Origin: a virus
Taxonomy: Duplodnaviria; Caudoviricetes
Length of the DNA stretch: 37,639 bases
Strand: one strand, 5' to 3'
Virus record (IMG/VR): IMGVR_UViG_3300044759_000067
Location: 1 to 37,639 of that record
The position numbers and the translations under genes were made by a program. A model generated the notes under the pieces. The model saw only the letters and a program-made list of their open reading frames with translations. It did no database searches and had not been told where the DNA came from. Below are positions 33,937-37,639 of the stretch, piece by piece; the first letter of the stretch is position 1, and each line of letters opens with the position of its first letter.

Positions 33937-36900
33937 CTACAGGACTCCGCGCGCCTGCAGCACGCCCGGCAAATCGGCGTAGACGGCTTCGGCAATCTGC
34001 CGGCCGTCGAGATACACCGGCACGCGCAGGTCGCCCCCGCTCGCCTGCCGCGGCGCCGCGGCCAGCGCCGACGCGGTCACGCCGCCGCCAAAGCTTGACG
34101 CACGCGACGGGGCGCCCGTCGTGGTCGGCGGGGCCGTGGGCATATCGTCATAGATGCGCGACAGGGCGTCGCGGGCCTCTTCCGCATCGCTGGTGATCTT
34201 GCGGATGGATTCGGAGAAGTCGTACCCGTCGAAGGTGGAATAGAGCGTGTCGGTCGCGCCTTTCAGCAGATCGATTTTCGATTCGGCGGTGCCCGCTTCG
34301 GTGCCCACCTTGGCCCACGCTTCGACCCCGATCCGGCCGGCATCGAAGAGCGACTGTTTCACATCGCCGGTCGTGTCATCGAGATCGCCGGCGGCCTCAT
34401 CGCTGTCCTTGAACGCCTGATCGAGCTTGGCCGCTTTGATTTTCTGGCCCGCATCCGTCGCAGACTGGCCGGCTTTGTCAAACGTGTTTTTCACGACATG
34501 GCCGGCATTCTCCGACACCGGGATCAACCGCTGGAAGAACGCCAGCAGTTCCCCCATCTGCTCGACGAGCTTCTCTTGCGCGGCCGTTTGTTTCTCGGCG
34601 TCGCTCAGGCGCTCGGCGCCGACGATGCCGGCGGCTTCGGCCTGGTCGAGCAAGGCCTGTGTCCCTTCGTCGACCTCATACCCGAAGTCCTCCTGCAGCT
34701 TCCACAGCGTCTGCAGCGTGGGTTGCATCATCATCAGCGCCGCGGTGCCATCGCCGCCCTGCGCGACGATGGCGTCATACGCCTGCGTCGCCGACATCGC
34801 GATCCCGCTGAACATTTCCTGGTTGAGCAGCCCGGAGTTGTGCAGGCCGGTCAACGCCTCGCGCGCCCCGCCGATGGCATCGACCGCCGGCCCCATGATG
34901 GCGTCATTGGCGATGCGCGACATCTCGACCAGACTGCCGAAGGCCGCGCCCCCGGTGAAGCCCGTCGCCTCCAGCTGCTGCTGCATCGTGGTGATGGCCG
35001 GCTGCACGGCTTCGAGGGCTTCGCGCAAGGGCACGCCCCGCGCCAGCATTTCCCCGAAACTGCCGACCACGGCCGCGGCCAGGCCGCGCGCCTGTTCCTC
35101 GGTCTGCATGAAGACGCCGATGACGCCGTCGCTTTCCGCTTTGAACGCCGCTAGTTTGGCCGCCAGCGCGTCCTGTTGGTTTTTCACATCCGTTTCGTAG
35201 ATCGCCTTTTTCTCTCCAATGGCCTCGAGCTCCCCCTGTATGGACGCTTGCCGCGCTTTACTGGCGTCCGTTTGCTCACCCTTCCGCAACACTTTGAGCT
35301 CATCCCCCAGGCGCTTTTCGATCTTCACCATCTCATCGACCCGATACTGCGCCGCCGCAATCTCGGCCTCCGCGCCCATCTGGAAGGCCGCCGATCGCTC
35401 GTCAATCGCTTTCCGTTGTTTGGCCGCATCCGACCCGGCCAGGCCGCCAATCAACGCATTCAGCCCCTTGCCCGCCGTTTGCGCATTCTCTCGAATGAAA
35501 TCCGTCACCATGCCCGATGTCGCTTTCACCGCGTCCAATTGCTCAATCACGCCTCGCAGTTCGGCCGACGCCAAGCCGGCGTTATCCTTGACCGCTCCAA
35601 ACATGTGCGCGATCGACGCCTCCATGTCCAAGGCCGCCAACGTAATCCGATCGGCCTCTGTATCCATATCCAGCCGGAGCCGTTGCATCGCCTCCGCCGC
35701 GCCTTTCAACCCCAACGCTTGCGCCACCGCGATCGCTTGCGTCATCGATCCAAAGGTTTTGACCAAATCCTGCTCGAGCTTGACCCCTTCACTGATATCG
35801 GCCATCCGCTCCCGCCAGGCCGCCTCGACTTCCGCCTGTTTTTTTGACGCCCATTGCGCATAGGCGTCATAGATCGCCATCATGCCGCCCACGTAGTTTT
35901 TCGCCGCCACCTGTGCGGCCACCGCCAACCCGGTAGACGCCACCAGGGCCAATTTGCTTTCATTGGCAAACTTGCCAATTACATCCGCGGCAAATTGGAA
36001 CGCCTCCGCAACCGTGGCCCCCGTCTGTTTGGCCTGCTCCCCCAACGGCGCAAATCCCCGCGCCCGGAGCGCCGCTAACGCGTCGGTTGCGCCGTCACTG
36101 GCCACCGTCGCCCGGCGCATGGCGCCGTCCATCTCCGTGCCCAAGGTCGCATTGAGATCCCGGCCACCGAGCACGGCGCCGGCCGTTTCAATCCGGAATT
36201 GCGCCAGCGGCAGCGTGACCGCGCCCAGATTCGGCGCCATCGAGACAAACTCCGCATTCATCAATTGGATGATGCGATGGAGGCCCGACAAGTTATTCAA
36301 CAGCTCGGAATTCGCGCCATCCTGCCGGAGCCGCTTATACGCCTCGACCGTTCGCGCAATGACCTCCGCATTCGCCTGTTGCGCCGGCGTCAAGAGGCGC
36401 CAGGCCGCTTCGAGCTTTTTGAGATCCCCCGCGACCCCTTGCCCGCCGAGCTCCGCCGCCAGCTTGCGGACTTCCTCCGCGTACTGTTTCGCCGCTTTCG
36501 CCGCCTCCTCTTGCGCGTCGGTGAGGCCCTTCATCGGCGGCACGACCGCCTTGGCTTTCTTGCCGGTGTCCTCGATCGCCAGGTTCATCGCCGTGGCCGC
36601 ATCGCGATACCAGACGGCGCTCTGGCGCAACTCGGTGGCTTTATCCCCCAACGCGGCCGCGGCCGTCGCCGCCGCACTACTCACCGGCGCCAGCAACGTC
36701 GCCGCCTTCGAGAGGGTTTCGACCAGGTCCGCCGTCGCCTCACGCATCTTGGCGACCGCTTGAAACACGTACACGATCAACTGGTCAAAGAGTCCCCGCG
36801 CCACGTTGTACGCCTCGGCCGCAAACACCTTTGTCGCCTTCGCGAACGTGCTCCACGCGTCCCCGGCTTCCTCGAGCGCCCGGACGGTGTTCTCGGACAT

Positions 36901-37455
36901 CTTCGGCGCGGCGTTGCCCAACGCTTCGAAATCCGCAATCAGCGTGGGCAGAATCTCCGCGCCCGTTTTGCCAAACGCGGCCACCGCCAGGCGCGACTGG
37001 TCGGCCGGATTCGGCACCTTCGCAATCGCCGCCGCGATCCGTTCGAAGGATTCGTAGGGACTCAGGGTGCGCAGCTCGGTGAAACTCAGGCCCAATTCCT
37101 TGACGGCCCCGACGATGCCTTTGTTACCGCCCGACAAGGCCTGCTGCATGTTGCTCATCGCGCCGGTGACCTGGCCGAGGCTGTTGCCGGACTGGTCGGC
37201 AATGTAGGAGAGCTGTTGGACTTCCTCGATGAGCAGGCCCGTCTTCTCGGAGGTCTTCACGATTTCGTCGGCCATCGCCATGATGTCGCCGACAAAGTTC
37301 TGGATCGCCGCCACCGCGAACGCGCCGCCGATCATCCCCTTGAGATCGGCGTTGGCCTTGGAGACAAACCCCTCGACCTGTTTGGACGCCGCCCCCAACT
37401 GCTTCGACAGCTCGTCCCGCATGCGGACGACGAATTCGATTTCGCCGATCGTCAT
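33937..37455 (-). CDS. Tape measure protein
   Basis: About 1172 aa, Ala-rich and helical; start re-assigned to ATG 37455 (MTIGEIEFVV) coupled to the chaperone extension stop; C-terminal VYLDGRQIAEAV. Confidence 0.92.
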   Translation of the reverse strand: MTIGEIEFVVRMRDELSKQLGAASKQVEGFVSKANADLKGMIGGAFAVAAIQNFVGDIMAMADEIVKTSEKTGLLIEEVQQLSYIADQSGNSLGQVTGAMSNMQQALSGGNKGIVGAVKELGLSFTELRTLSPYESFERIAAAIAKVPNPADQSRLAVAAFGKTGAEILPTLIADFEALGNAAPKMSENTVRALEEAGDAWSTFAKATKVFAAEAYNVARGLFDQLIVYVFQAVAKMREATADLVETLSKAATLLAPVSSAAATAAAALGDKATELRQSAVWYRDAATAMNLAIEDTGKKAKAVVPPMKGLTDAQEEAAKAAKQYAEEVRKLAAELGGQGVAGDLKKLEAAWRLLTPAQQANAEVIARTVEAYKRLRQDGANSELLNNLSGLHRIIQLMNAEFVSMAPNLGAVTLPLAQFRIETAGAVLGGRDLNATLGTEMDGAMRRATVASDGATDALAALRARGFAPLGEQAKQTGATVAEAFQFAADVIGKFANESKLALVASTGLAVAAQVAAKNYVGGMMAIYDAYAQWASKKQAEVEAAWRERMADISEGVKLEQDLVKTFGSMTQAIAVAQALGLKGAAEAMQRLRLDMDTEADRITLAALDMEASIAHMFGAVKDNAGLASAELRGVIEQLDAVKATSGMVTDFIRENAQTAGKGLNALIGGLAGSDAAKQRKAIDERSAAFQMGAEAEIAAAQYRVDEMVKIEKRLGDELKVLRKGEQTDASKARQASIQGELEAIGEKKAIYETDVKNQQDALAAKLAAFKAESDGVIGVFMQTEEQARGLAAAVVGSFGEMLARGVPLREALEAVQPAITTMQQQLEATGFTGGAAFGSLVEMSRIANDAIMGPAVDAIGGAREALTGLHNSGLLNQEMFSGIAMSATQAYDAIVAQGGDGTAALMMMQPTLQTLWKLQEDFGYEVDEGTQALLDQAEAAGIVGAERLSDAEKQTAAQEKLVEQMGELLAFFQRLIPVSENAGHVVKNTFDKAGQSATDAGQKIKAAKLDQAFKDSDEAAGDLDDTTGDVKQSLFDAGRIGVEAWAKVGTEAGTAESKIDLLKGATDTLYSTFDGYDFSESIRKITSDAEEARDALSRIYDDMPTAPPTTTGAPSRASSFGGGVTASALAAAPRQASGGDLRVPVYLDGRQIAEAVYADLPGVLQARGVL

Positions 37456-37622
37456 CAGCGCACTCCCGGTGCGAGATTCTTGCGGATGAGTTCGCCCCAT
37501 TCGTCCAACAGGAGCGCGACGACGTCGTCAGGGCAGGACTCGTACTCGTCCCAGGACCAGCCTAGGAAGCGACAGATGGCGAGACCAGTGAGAGTTTCGG
37601 CTCGCCACTCGGGTCGTTTTTT
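37455..37622 (-). CDS. -1 frame extension of the tail chaperone (gpGT-like C-terminal part)
   Basis: The -1 frame reads KRPEWRAETLTGLAICRFLGWSWDEYESCPDDVVALLLDEWGELIRKNLAPGVR*; its TGA overlaps the tape measure ATG (TGATG). Confidence 0.8.
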   Translation of the reverse strand, partial: KKRPEWRAETLTGLAICRFLGWSWDEYESCPDDVVALLLDEWGELIRKNLAPGVR

Positions 37623-37639
37623 TACTGCTCCATCGCCGC
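37498..37639. repeat. Terminal direct repeat, copy 2
   Basis: Same sequence as 1-142 with one mismatch; implies a 37,497 bp circular unit. Confidence 0.95.

Larger units (their letters stand above)
1..37497. mobile_element. Complete temperate siphovirus-type phage genome (excised/circular form)
   Basis: Terminase, portal, HK97-type capsid, neck, tail tube, chaperone, tape measure, integrase, intact attP and repressor/cro switch are all present; no sheath gene and no host housekeeping genes seen. Confidence 0.93.

Noticed and set aside
37456-37500. Tape measure start at ATG 37500 as in the ORF track
   Set aside because: That stretch encodes the frameshifted chaperone tail; ATG 37455 is coupled to its stop and has a GGGAG RBS.

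Overview
The window is an apparently complete, circularly permuted genome (unit length 37,497 bp; bases 1-142 are repeated at 37498-37639 with one mismatch) of a GC-rich temperate long-tailed (siphovirus-type, HK97-like) phage. Almost all genes are on the minus strand. Reading on the minus strand from the immunity switch (about 24.0-24.8 kb), the order is: early/replication genes (Xis/AlpA-like, CII-like, two PD-(D/E)XK nucleases, a putative recombination protein, a C5 DNA methyltransferase, a replication initiator with a DnaA-N-like C-terminus, RusA), packaging (HNH, probable cos, TerS, TerL), head (protease-capsid fusion, portal placed after the capsid gene), neck and tail. Across the contig junction follow the tape measure, one large tail-tip/fibre fusion and a non-canonical lysis-position module. 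The plus strand carries the repressor, a lipoprotein, a tyrosine integrase and one free-standing HNH gene. attP contains the 3' end of a tRNA-Sec, flanked by TTGCYCCGA arm repeats. Most notable: (1) two glycosyltransferase + methyltransferase pairs sit inside the structural operon, one after the capsid gene and one directly before the tail tube gene, suggesting virion glycosylation; (2) the lysis-position locus has an internal RBS/start and a C CCC CCG + hairpin -1 frameshift signal that would fuse a beta-rich protein to a clan GH-A glycoside hydrolase, with no canonical endolysin recognised anywhere; (3) a G-U-rich structured RNA candidate lies next to attP; (4) a small antisense gene resembles the repressor C-terminus. 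All product calls come from motif recognition and synteny only; no database searches were run. The host guess (Acidobacteriota, Vicinamibacteria-like) is an inference.
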